A DNA stretch of 64,000 nt from Tubulanus polymorphus (Eukaryota; Animalia; Nemertea), in the NCBI RefSeq assembly GCF_964204645.1, contig NC_134028.1, positions 6,820,001 through 6,884,000 on the forward strand. Reading direction: 5' to 3'. The notes under the pieces are model-generated. The model saw nothing but the letters and a program-made list of their open reading frames with translations. It searched no databases and had not been told where the DNA came from. Every line of letters begins with the position of its first letter. Within the stretch, counting starts at the first letter, position 1. This document shows positions 41,501 to 52,013 of this stretch, one piece after another. The position numbers and the translations under genes are program-made.

Positions 41501-44500
41501 TACACGACGACCGGGAATTATCAACCAGTTACCGATTGCAGTCCCATGTTTGCGTTGGATTGTGAAATGGTACGAAACCATGTCTTCTTTTGATATCGTG
41601 TTAAAACAAACTTACAGTCAAAACCAGCTTAATCCGGATCGGCTTACCGTCATCTGGATTTTGGTCTAATTGCAATCCATTTGTACATGGATATACAAGA
41701 AAATGACTTAATCCGGATTTCCCATAAACTGGATTAATTTTGCCAAATGATCCGAATTAAGGGGATTCTACTGTATAGATATATGATGCATCAGCTCTCG
41801 AATTCGAAAATGTTTCAAAATCGGTTTTTGTAGGTGATGACTACTGCAAAAACGAATGAACTAGCGCGAGTGTCCCTCATCTCAGAGGACGGAATTTGCA
41901 TTTACGACAGTTTAGTCAAACCATACAACAAGGTTATTAATTATCTTACAAAGTAAGTCATCTGGAAGCATTCGAAAAGCATGGCGTGTGGGTATGCAGA
42001 GCTCAATTTAAATTATCTATTTATTTTATTATTGTTTTTACTTTATTTCCTGCGTAAATTAAAAGAGTATAATCAAGTACATCATGTTTATAAAATTGAA
42101 TATGATAATATGATCATTATAATTGATAAAATGTTATGATATATCAGTGGGACAACATAAAGAAGCAAGGCTTGTGACGTATGCTGACCAAAAAAATATA
42201 TATATTTACAGGTATAGTGGTATTACGAAGAAAATGATGGATCCAGTACAAACTCGTTTAAGAGATGCACAACGAACCATACAGAAATTGTTACCACCAG
42301 ACGCGATATTGGTAGGACAATCTATGGCCAATGATCTGAAAGCTTTAAAGGTAAAGTGTTTCGTTTAATATCTTAGTGCGGAAAAACTAGCACATCGTAG
42401 TAGAATTATTATTAGACTATTTAAAACTGAAAAATTAAGGCTAACAAAAAATTTATTCCCATACAAATTGAAAATAGATGAAAAGTTTGCCAATTAGCAG
42501 TTTTTCCTATATCACGAGTTATGTGACAAGATGTCGATATCGTTGTATTTTGTAGATGTATCATCCGTATGTCATTGATACGAGCGTTATCTATAACCAA
42601 AGCGGTCAACGAACTAGAAAAACTGGCCTTGCTCGCCTCACTCAAATTTTCTTTGGGTAAGTTTTGGAAAATCTTCATTTCTAGGTTTTGTCTTATTGTC
42701 CATGGTTCAGAGCAGTCGTTGAAAGCGTTTGAACTTAGGAGGGCTGGTGAAGGTGTTAGAATTGAGATGCATCGGCGAATTTTCAGAACTCTCAACCCAT
42801 TTACTGTTTCGAATTAGTGCGATGGGATCATTCATTTATTACGTACGCACAAAATTTGAATTTTTCAACCCCCCTCCCCCCATGTACACAAAAGCGGTCA
42901 TTTTTTCATATACATTAAGCATTACAGTACACAATGGCACTTACCCCTCCCCTAATGCGTGCGTAATAAATGAATGACCCCGATTCAGTTCTGGTGAATT
43001 GTTGTCGATTTTCTTTCAACAGTACTGTAATTCAAGCTGATTCTGGTGGACATAATCCAGTCGAAGATGCTTCATCTGCATTGAATTTAGTTCTGTTGAA
43101 ATTAAGTAAAGGTAAAGAAAAAATCCATGACCAAGTTCCGTGATATTGCTGGCTTAATTAAATACCAACATTAATACGTATTTCCAATAACTTAACTGAG
43201 GTCTTAGGCAATTAATAGAATAACGATTTTTATTTCAGGGTTTGAATTTGGCGATGTACTTATGTCGCAAAACGTATCTTATACGGAGGCATCTCACTCG
43301 GCTACCGCAGTTGGCTCCTCTTCGATTCCGCCCGTATCATTCCAAACGCATCGCGAAATGAAAATTTCTAATGATGATCACGACAGTAAATTGATTTGCG
43401 TCGAGGAAAAATGTGATAAAACAATTGCTAAAACGACGGATAATGAAAAGCTGAGTGATAGGCTAGAGATAGGCGATAGCGGGAAAGCAGTAACTGAAGC
43501 TTGGAGAGACGAAGTTAAGATGAAAGTGTTTTATTCCTGTGGATCGAAATTGTACGATGACTTTTTCGCTAAGATTAAGACCTGCGACAGAACCGGTACG
43601 AAAGCTTAAAACATAGTATCCAATTCCATGAAAAAGTTAAACTCAATTTGATGTCTTCATTAGTTCCGTTTAGCGGTACCGTATGATTTAGGGGTTAATC
43701 TTTTTCGTGAAAGTGGCCAGTCCCAGAGCATCACACACAAAACATTAGAAAAATCCCTGTATTTGAAGCAAGCATCATTTAGTTTATTTTATGATTATAT
43801 ATTTAACAATTACGTGTGTACATCTTTCACCTAAATTTGAGAGATGATGAAAAACACAAATAAGTTATTCAAGTTGTTCAATAACTGATTTATCAATTCA
43901 AAAGCAAGACTAAATTTGAACAAATGGACGTAATAATAATCACAATGATAATAATAATTTCTTTGTTTATATAGTGCTATAGTATGAAATAATCATAGCC
44001 CTTTACATAAAAGAGGTTAAAATAATACATGTAATAATCATAAAATTGTTGAAATACCACTCGAATACAAGAACATGAAAATTAATTGTAAGAAACATCA
44101 TACAATGGTCAAAGCTTTCCTAAAAAGGTGATGAAGTGTACATGTATACAGATATAATGTTTTGATCAATATTCTTTGATAAACCTTTGAAATTTTGCTA
44201 TCGTGAGGATTATATTTAGATCATGTAAGGCAATAGTGTGATTAGTAACTTGTGACGTTACTGATAAAAGTTTTCTATTTGATATTTTCAAGGTGTTGTT
44301 ATTGATAAAAAGTCTAATGCTACACACGAAAGTGACTACATTAATTATGAGTATTGCGACGATTATGATGAAATCAGCAAGAAGGCTGCTTCGACTATTG
44401 CGAAATTTGACTTTGCGTTTATTCGTTTGGAAGGCTACAGAAAATATACCGTTGATTCAACCAAGATGGATGAAAACCTTGAGAAAAGACTGGTACGTGT

Positions 44501-45006
44501 GAATCTATGATTTTGGCAAATTTCAAGGTCATTAGTTTTTGTACGTGTTCACCAGGGCGCATTGGATTTAGCAGAATAACTCTGTTTCGATATGTATGTA
44601 CCTAGGCATTTTTTGTTACAGCAAAATGTTGCTAAATTTTCGCATATGGTATATTTATGCTTTGCTTTAATGGTCATTAGTTCTGTATTTGTTCACCGGG
44701 GGCCTTGCATAGCACAATTAAGTGGTTCAGTAGGGGCTGTTGAATATTGAAATTGTCAGCATTTCACTAAGTTGGCATGCTGTCCCTGGATCCCTATTTT
44801 ATAATCAATAGCGTTTTTCTTCGTAGGATTGTTTGAAGCAGTTAGACTCTCGCGCGAAAGAGCTACACGATTTGTTCCCTAACAACTCGGTTGTGGTGGT
44901 ATTATTAACCGGCAGGAAAACACCGACCACTACGAGTAGCATCGAGAACGCGCTCTGTTTCATGAAAGTGACCCATTCACCGGAACGGACTTCTCCGAAA
45001 CATTGA
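38501..45006 (+). CDS. REXO5: RNA exonuclease 5-like (DEDDh) protein, multi-exon
   Basis: MAEDKRD start. Exo motifs PMFALDCEM|VMTT...ELARVSL, YDSLVKP...YSGIT, ILVGQSMANDLKALK|MYHPYVIDTS, GHNPVEDA...LKLSKG. Last exon ends TGA at 45004-45006; AATAAA near 45088. Confidence 0.85.
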
Positions 45007-45370
45007 CCTGCCAGCAATTTCTTATTGAAGATTTTAAGAATGTTTAAACCTGTTATGAATCTGGTTATAGATGTTTATCATCATGTAAATAAATAAACAT
45101 ATGTCTATATTATCGTAAAATTAAATATTTTGAGTCGTTTATATTTTATGTTATGTATAAAGTACTAGGATCCACCGGTACCAGTGAATTCGGTATACTG
45201 TTCAAGTCAGCGAATTTTAATTTATTTCTTCTACAATGAATTCTCAGCTCAATAACGTAGGCGAAGTCCGAGTTAAGGATAGGAGAATATGTTAGGAAGT
45301 CGGAAAAAATGATTTCGTTTTTGTTCGGAGTTATTGTAGTAAACAGCGGTATTTCGTTTCCAACGCGACT

Positions 45371-45952
45371 AGTAATAGGGATAATAGGCTTTCATACCAA
45401 AGGTCGAAAGGTCGAGCTCATTAAAAAACAAAATATTAAAAGTAATTAAAAACTATAATATATTTTCATAACCGCGTGCATTTTATATCAAAACTAAATA
45501 TTTATTCTAAGATATCAATAATTTTAAATGCATATTGTATTAAATCAATTGGTCGCTCCGCTTCGCTACCGCTCCGCTCCGCGACCAATTGATTTATTTA
45601 CAATACACAAATTCAAATAATCAAATATATTTTAATGATAATAATTATTCTATTATTCTATTATTCAACTGAAATGCACGCGGTTATGAAAATATATTAT
45701 AGTTTTTAATTACTTTTAATATATGTTTTTAATGAACACGACCATTCAACCTTTGATATGAAAGCCCATTATCCCTATTACTCTTAAAATATTCATATAA
45801 ATGAATAAAATATAAATAAAAAAAAATATAGTATTAAAATGGAAGCAAATAAGTACTACTGCCCAACATGTAATAACGATATAGACAAGTCTCAAAAAGC
45901 AAGACACAATAAAACTAGAACACATTTAGAAAATAAATTGAAAATAGAGTAT
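45371..45952 (+). repeat. Left TIR, first 412 bp forming an imperfect hairpin
   Basis: Reverse complement of about 58119-58716; includes the first 38 codons of the PolB-like ORF; 45371-45782 is self-complementary. Confidence 0.92.
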
Positions 45953-46978
45953 AAAGATGATATATTAGAAACTAAATTAGAAGAATTAAAGAATGAAAAA
46001 GAAACATACAAATGTGATACATGTAATCAATCATTCAGTGATAAAAGATATTATAAAGAACATTTAAAATCTATAAGTCATATTAGAAATAAGAATAATG
46101 ATATTTTAGGTGAAGATTATTCTGATAATGATAACGATAAGAAACAGAAGACAATTAAAAGCATAAAAAATAAATTAAACAATAAAAGATCATACATGGA
46201 AGATGTAAGAAATTATATCAATTCATTAGATAATAAAAAAGATAAAGAGATAACCGAAGCATTTAAAAGTGATATTGGTCCAGCAGCTATCGAGTTTAAA
46301 TTTCATAAAGGTAAAACATTAGAAGAAAATAAAAAACATTTAGAAAATATGAAAAATATTATAAAAATAATTACAGATGTTGAATATCCTAAAATTAGTA
46401 TATCAGTTAAAGTAAAGTTTATAAAATCTGAAGATAAACCAATATATAATATAAATTCTCATTCACAACATATTATATCTAAACAACATATAGATGATAA
46501 ATTAGATAAATGTTATAATGAAGTAAAAACTAAAATAGAAGAGAAATATTTTGAAGGATCTGGTTTAATATTTGATGAGATAATATTTATAACTTTACAT
46601 GTTTATAACACAAAATATAATAAGTTAACTAAATCAAAACCAATTGATGAAAATAATTTATCATATTATAAAGAACCAGATATTGAAGCATCGAGTTATA
46701 TTAAACTACCATTTAAAACTAATGCTGTAATAAATATACAAAATGAAGATGATAAATGTTTTCTATGGGCTATAATAAGTTGTTTACATCCAACAGAAGA
46801 TATTACACATAGTTTTAGATTAACTCATTATAAACCATTTGAAAATAATTATAAGATAGATAAGTATCCTGTTAGAATTAAAAACATCCCAAAAATAGAA
46901 AGAGATAATAATATAAAGATAAATGTATTTGATTTAATCAAATTACCAAATACCAATAAGGGTAAAAAAATATTTTAA
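45839..46978 (+). CDS. Truncated Polinton-type protein-primed DNA polymerase B N-terminal region with two C2H2-like zinc fingers
   Basis: CPTC...H...H and CDTC...HLKSISH fingers; EGSG...SSYIKLP...AVINIQNEDDKCFLWAIISCLHP...IPKIE..N.I.INVF block that I recognise from Polinton/adintovirus PolB N-termini. Cut at 46952 by the inner palindrome, before any exonuclease or polymerase motif. Confidence 0.7.
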   Translation: MEANKYYCPTCNNDIDKSQKARHNKTRTHLENKLKIEYKDDILETKLEELKNEKETYKCDTCNQSFSDKRYYKEHLKSISHIRNKNNDILGEDYSDNDNDKKQKTIKSIKNKLNNKRSYMEDVRNYINSLDNKKDKEITEAFKSDIGPAAIEFKFHKGKTLEENKKHLENMKNIIKIITDVEYPKISISVKVKFIKSEDKPIYNINSHSQHIISKQHIDDKLDKCYNEVKTKIEEKYFEGSGLIFDEIIFITLHVYNTKYNKLTKSKPIDENNLSYYKEPDIEASSYIKLPFKTNAVINIQNEDDKCFLWAIISCLHPTEDITHSFRLTHYKPFENNYKIDKYPVRIKNIPKIERDNNIKINVFDLIKLPNTNKGKKIF

Positions 46979-47048
46979 AGCGTAAGGTTTCAGCGAACTC
47001 TAACTCTTTTTGAATTTTAACCTATTTTAATAAAAATTTGATATATAA

Positions 47049-48701
47049 ATGTGCACAAGATTAATTAAAGTTCCCGCGAAAGACATGAGTAATAAATATA
47101 TAAATTCAATATTATATTATTTAACTGTTAACAATAATTTAGCAGATATTTCAGGAGTAAATATAAATAAGTATTATAAATCTGAAAATAATGAATTAAT
47201 TGAAACATCAGATATATTTTGCGATAATATAATGCTATATAAAATCATGTGAGAAAAAGAAATTATAAAAGAAAATAGAACAACTTTTCTAAACATTAAT
47301 CAGAGAAAGATAACACATTATGAAATTAAAGAATGTTTTAATCAAGGAGATATTATATTGGATAACTTAGCTATAAAAATTACACGTGTTTTAACAATTC
47401 ATGATGATAATTCAAAATCATATATATTAAGTAGAATTAATCAAGAATTAAAATTAACAGATTATATTGCTGTATTTAAAATTTCATTATGCAATCAAAA
47501 TTTAAATGAATTAATACAGAAAATGGATAATATTGAAAAATTATTAAATGAAAAAAATTACAATATATTAGATGTAGATGTGACACAAGATTTTAAAGGA
47601 TCATTTAATTCAGATGAAATAAAATCAATGTTCGAAAATAGAAAATATAAAGTTCTAAAAGAATTTTCCAATAGTTGTGTTTCAGCATTACATAAGGATG
47701 ATAAAATAAAGATCTATAATAAAACAGCATGTCAATTCAAATCTCCTGGTGTAGATATAAATTTCGGTTCAAATTTAATGAGTTACATAAATTGCTATCA
47801 AGAGAGGTTAAAAGAATCATTTGAAAAATCAATTGAAACAGGATTGATTAGAATTGAAATAACAAGTATTTCATTTAAAAGAGGATTAAAAGTGATGGAA
47901 AAAATAAAACAATACTTAAAAAAAGAAAATATTTACTATTCACCTACATATTTACAACTTAAATCATTATTTGATGAGGTTCAACAGACTGTATGTATTT
48001 ATGATTTGATTGAAAAATGCTTTTATTTCTGTTATTATGGTGATTTATTAGCAAGGAAATTTATAGGATATAAATCTAGGATAAGTAAAAATATTGAAGA
48101 GTCCTCCTTTTTACTTATTTTATCAATGTTTACAATTAAGAATATCCCATGTTTATACCTAACAATTAATCAAAATGATGATAAATCAGCATTCATTATT
48201 GAAGCAAAAAAATATATTAAAACTGAAGGAGCAACTGTTATATCTTCAACTAATTCAATGTTTACAGTATTGAATAAATTTATATTTAGATTTAAATTAC
48301 GTGAAACAGGAATTAGTTTTACAACTTTAAAAAAGAGATACAATATAAAATCTAAACCTTTTTATAAATTAGATGCACTTGATATTGAAGAAGATTTTGA
48401 TTTAAAATTATTATCTAAAAGTGAATTTAAAAAGTTAGAAGAAATGAAAGAACTTAAACAATTACAAGAAGATATAGATGAAAATAGAAATAAAATTTGT
48501 AATGAATTAAAGCAACAATTAGATATTGATAATGAATTATTTGAGACAGAATTTAAAAAACTTGAAATAATTCCTGAAGTAAAATTAAATGATTATACTC
48601 CTAAAATATCTGGAATTGACAATAATACAATTTTTGAAATTAGAGGTTTTTCAACTCAATGTAAATGTATAACAGATCTTTATTTCAGTTATATTTTTTA
48701 G
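47049..48701 (+). CDS. Putative Rep_trans-like rolling-circle initiator, about 550 codons with one in-frame TGA (47250-47252)
   Basis: The 67-aa and 447-aa ORFs share a frame and are joined by 35 open codons after a TGA. Motifs ILDNLAIK, LDVDVTQDF, KIYNK and LIRIEI occur in Rep_trans order. Confidence 0.55.
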
Positions 48702-49327
48702 CAGATCAAGGCTTTTATGAAACTACTACTGATTTAAGAGAATTATTGATAAAAACATTACAATTAGACGTATTAAATAATAATTATTTTGAATTGTCTT
48801 CGATAGAAAAAATCATCAAAAAGTTAAAAATAGGCGTTCATAGCCCTGATAGACACTTTATTTTATCAAAATTAGAAAAACCTATTTTCCAAGTAAAGAA
48901 GATAACACACGATCATTTTGAAATAATTGATAAAATGGATTTTGAATTGATGAAAAAATATACTGAATATTTAAAGATAAATTCTAATGATTTCATAAAT
49001 GTATGTGATATACGTAAAGAATCTGATTATTTAAGAAAAATGAAACTTAACAATATGAAAATTAAGCAATGCGAGCGTTTAGAACTATTGAAAGATAATT
49101 CTGAATATAATATTGATTTCATTAATCCTAGATATTTTAGAAATAAATTGCGCCATCTAATTTTAATTCATAATGATGAAAATATTTACATATCAAATGA
49201 ATTTTTCGATAAAGAAATGATCAAGAATAATATAACAGAATATCAGGTGATAAAATTGATTACGCACAAGCAAAAATATAATTCTCAGCGGCATAAAGAA
49301 TTAGTAGTAAGTTTAATTGTTATTTGA
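48665..49327 (+). CDS. Hypothetical 220-aa protein (separate gene or frameshifted C-terminus of the Rep-like ORF)
   Basis: Long ORF in very AT-rich DNA, TAAATG start, overlaps the upstream ORF by 37 bp. Confidence 0.6.
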   Translation: MYNRSLFQLYFLADQGFYETTTDLRELLIKTLQLDVLNNNYFELSSIEKIIKKLKIGVHSPDRHFILSKLEKPIFQVKKITHDHFEIIDKMDFELMKKYTEYLKINSNDFINVCDIRKESDYLRKMKLNNMKIKQCERLELLKDNSEYNIDFINPRYFRNKLRHLILIHNDENIYISNEFFDKEMIKNNITEYQVIKLITHKQKYNSQRHKELVVSLIVI

Positions 49328-49384
49328 ATTGAAACATATAAATATTTAACATTTTATAAACTGTTTAATTTCTTTCTTAAATAA

Positions 49385-49582
49385 ATGGATGGTTTCATCC
49401 CAACTGGGAAAAGTGATTTGAAACATCATCTTGTAGCAGGAGGATTAATATTGGCTGCGCTTTATTTATACTATGAGAATATTAGTAAGGATTTGATGAA
49501 TGAAAATATAAAATTGAGCAAGAAATTGAAAAAATTAAATGGAAATAAAAATAATCATAAAAAAGTTATTGAATCAGATTAG
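49385..49582 (+). CDS. Small putative membrane protein (65 aa)
   Basis: TAAATG start; hydrophobic LVAGGLILAALYLYY followed by a Lys/Asn-rich tail; identical in both arms. Confidence 0.55.
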   Translation: MDGFIPTGKSDLKHHLVAGGLILAALYLYYENISKDLMNENIKLSKKLKKLNGNKNNHKKVIESD

Positions 49583-49598
49583 TGAATTAATTAAATAA

Positions 49599-49823
49599 AT
49601 GAGTGAAAATATATTAAACTTATTACATCTAATATATAAAAATCAACAGAATATTAAATCAATTATTATGCTTACAGGTTTATTTTCTTTTTCAATTTAT
49701 AGTATAAAACAGTTGTTAGAATTCTATGATTGCTGTAAAATTAGATACACTGAATTAATAGAAAATATGAATTATATTTCAGATAGATTGATTTCTATTC
49801 AAATAGATTTAACAAGAATATAA
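49599..49823 (+). pseudogene. 3'-truncated copy of the 100-aa ORF at 50777-51079
   Basis: Identical up to YISDRL, then runs into the central hairpin sequence. Confidence 0.65.
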
Positions 49824-50398
49824 ATTTATAAAATAAAATCCTAATTCAAAATATTATAGAATTCACTGTATATTGATGGATGAGTGGATGAATTGGATGA
49901 ATTGGATGAATTGGATGAGTGGATGAATGGATGAGTGTAATAATATATATATTTTACTTTTTAACACATAAATTGGAAGAATAGTATGAGTATAAATATA
50001 ATATTTATATTCTTTATTAAATTTAACACAATATATATATATTATTAAAATAATATTTAAATATAATATAAAATTGATAAAATAACTTCAAATCAAACTC
50101 TTACTGTTTTAAAAATAAAAAACATATGTAAATTATATATTATTACACTCATCCATTCATCCACTCATCCAATTCATCCAATTCATCCACTCATCCATCA
50201 ATATACAGTGAATTCTATAATATTTTGAATTAGGATTTTATTTTATAAATTTATATTCTTGTTAAATCTATTTGAATAGAAATCAAAAAGATTTAAATAA
50301 AAAAACAATAAGTTACTTTATCTAGTACTAACTTATTTAACTTATTGTTTTTTTATTTAAATCTTTTTGGATTTCTATTCAAATAGATTTAACAAGAA
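49788..50398. repeat. Central hairpin complex with GGATGA(G/A)T(T) tandem repeats
   Basis: Stem 49788-49957 pairs with 50128-50286; second stem-loop 50256-50398. Confidence 0.9.
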
Positions 50399-50776
50399 AT
50401 TCAATAACTTTAACTGTTAGTATCACTCTTGTATTATTTCATTGTTTCTCTTATTGAATAAGCCAACTAACTAATATCACTCTTGTATTATCCTAGTTAA
50501 ATGTAAAGAATTTAAAATATCATACTTGAATGAATTAAAACATAAATTACTTCTGTTACTTCATTTTCAGAAATAAAGCATAATATGTATTCAATACCAT
50601 TAATACGTATTTAATACCATCAATACGTATTTGATACGTATTTAATACATGGTATTAGGGTATCTAATAGGGTATCTAATACATTGATACCTCAACCCCC
50701 CTTTTTTATTAACTTTTATTTTCATACATTTCAACTAATATATTTTATATTTTCAGCTAATTTAACAGTCGATTTC

Positions 50777-51079
50777 TTATTTTGATTCATATAATTTTTC
50801 ATCAAGTTCATGAATATACATGTGATTTCTCAAACTCTTTTTATTTTCATATCTTTTATTGCATATTTCACAGCATTTAATATTATTCAATCTATCTGAA
50901 ATATAATTCATATTTTCTATTAATTCAGTGTATCTAATTTTACAGCAATCATAGAATTCTAACAACTGTTTTATACTATAAATTGAAAAAGAAAATAAAC
51001 CTGTAAGCATAATAATTGATTTAATATTCTGTTGATTTTTATATATTAGATGTAATAAGTTTAATATATTTTCACTCAT
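50777..51079 (-). CDS. 100-aa protein with a hydrophobic segment and C-terminal C2H2 zinc finger
   Basis: IIMLTGLFSFSIYSI; CEICNKRYENKKSLRNHMYIH fits the C2H2 consensus. Confidence 0.65.
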   Translation of the reverse strand: MSENILNLLHLIYKNQQNIKSIIMLTGLFSFSIYSIKQLLEFYDCCKIRYTELIENMNYISDRLNNIKCCEICNKRYENKKSLRNHMYIHELDEKLYESK

Positions 51080-51095
51080 TTATTTAATTAATTCA

Positions 51096-51293
51096 CTAAT
51101 CTGATTCAATAACTTTTTTATGATTATTTTTATTTCCATTTAATTTTTTCAATTTCTTGCTCAATTTTATATTTTCATTCATCAAATCCTTACTAATATT
51201 CTCATAGTATAAATAAAGCGCAGCCAATATTAATCCTCCTGCTACAAGATGATGTTTCAAATCACTTTTCCCAGTTGGGATGAAACCATCCAT
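51096..51293 (-). CDS. Small putative membrane protein (mirror copy)
   Basis: Identical to 49385-49582. Confidence 0.55.
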   Translation of the reverse strand: MDGFIPTGKSDLKHHLVAGGLILAALYLYYENISKDLMNENIKLSKKLKKLNGNKNNHKKVIESD

Positions 51294-51374
51294 TTATTTA
51301 AGAAAGAAATTAAACAGTTTATAAAATGTTAAATATTTATATGTTTCAATTCAAATAACAATTAAACTTACTAC

Positions 51375-52013
51375 TTATTCTTTATGCCGCTGAGAATTAT
51401 ATTTTTGCTTGTGCGTAATCAATTTTATCACCTGATATTCTGTTATATTATTCTTGATCATTTCTTTATCGAAAAATTCATTTGATATGTAAATATTTTC
51501 ATCATTATGAATTAAAATTAGATGGCGCAATTTATTTCTAAAATATCTAGGATTAATGAAATCAATATTATATTCAGAATTATCTTTCAATAGTTCTAAA
51601 CGCTCGCATTGCTTAATTTTCATATTGTTAAGTTTCATTTTTCTTAAATAATCAGATTCTTTACGTATATCACATACATTTATGAAATCATTAGAATTTA
51701 TCTTTAAATATTCAGTATATTTTTTCATCAATTCAAAATCCATTTTATCAATTATTTCAAAATGATCGTGTGTTATCTTCTTTACTTGGAAAATAGGTTT
51801 TTCTAATTTTGATAAAATAAAGTGTCTATCAGGGCTATGAACGCCTATTTTTAACTTTTTGATGATTTTTTCTATCGAAGACAATTCAAAATAATTATTA
51901 TTTAATACGTCTAATTGTAATGTTTTTATCAATAATTCTCTTAAATCAGTAGTAGTTTCATAAAAGCCTTGATCTGCTAAAAAATATAACTGAAATAAAG
52001 ATCTGTTATACAT
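51375..52013 (-). CDS. Hypothetical protein (mirror of 48665-49327, 8 aa shorter)
   Basis: A TTA>TAA change gives an earlier stop. Confidence 0.55.
   Translation of the reverse strand: MYNRSLFQLYFLADQGFYETTTDLRELLIKTLQLDVLNNNYFELSSIEKIIKKLKIGVHSPDRHFILSKLEKPIFQVKKITHDHFEIIDKMDFELMKKYTEYLKINSNDFINVCDIRKESDYLRKMKLNNMKIKQCERLELLKDNSEYNIDFINPRYFRNKLRHLILIHNDENIYISNEFFDKEMIKNNITEYQVIKLITHKQKYNSQRHKE

Larger units (their letters stand above)
46952..49791 (+). repeat. Left arm (2,840 bp) of the inner palindrome
   Basis: Reverse complement of 50887-53726; about six substitutions found by eye. Confidence 0.95.

Noticed and set aside
49878-50196. GGATGAATT repeats as a CRISPR array or chromosomal telomere
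   Set aside because: No unique spacers, units are only 8-9 bp, they are not TTAGGG-like, and the locus is eukaryotic and interstitial.
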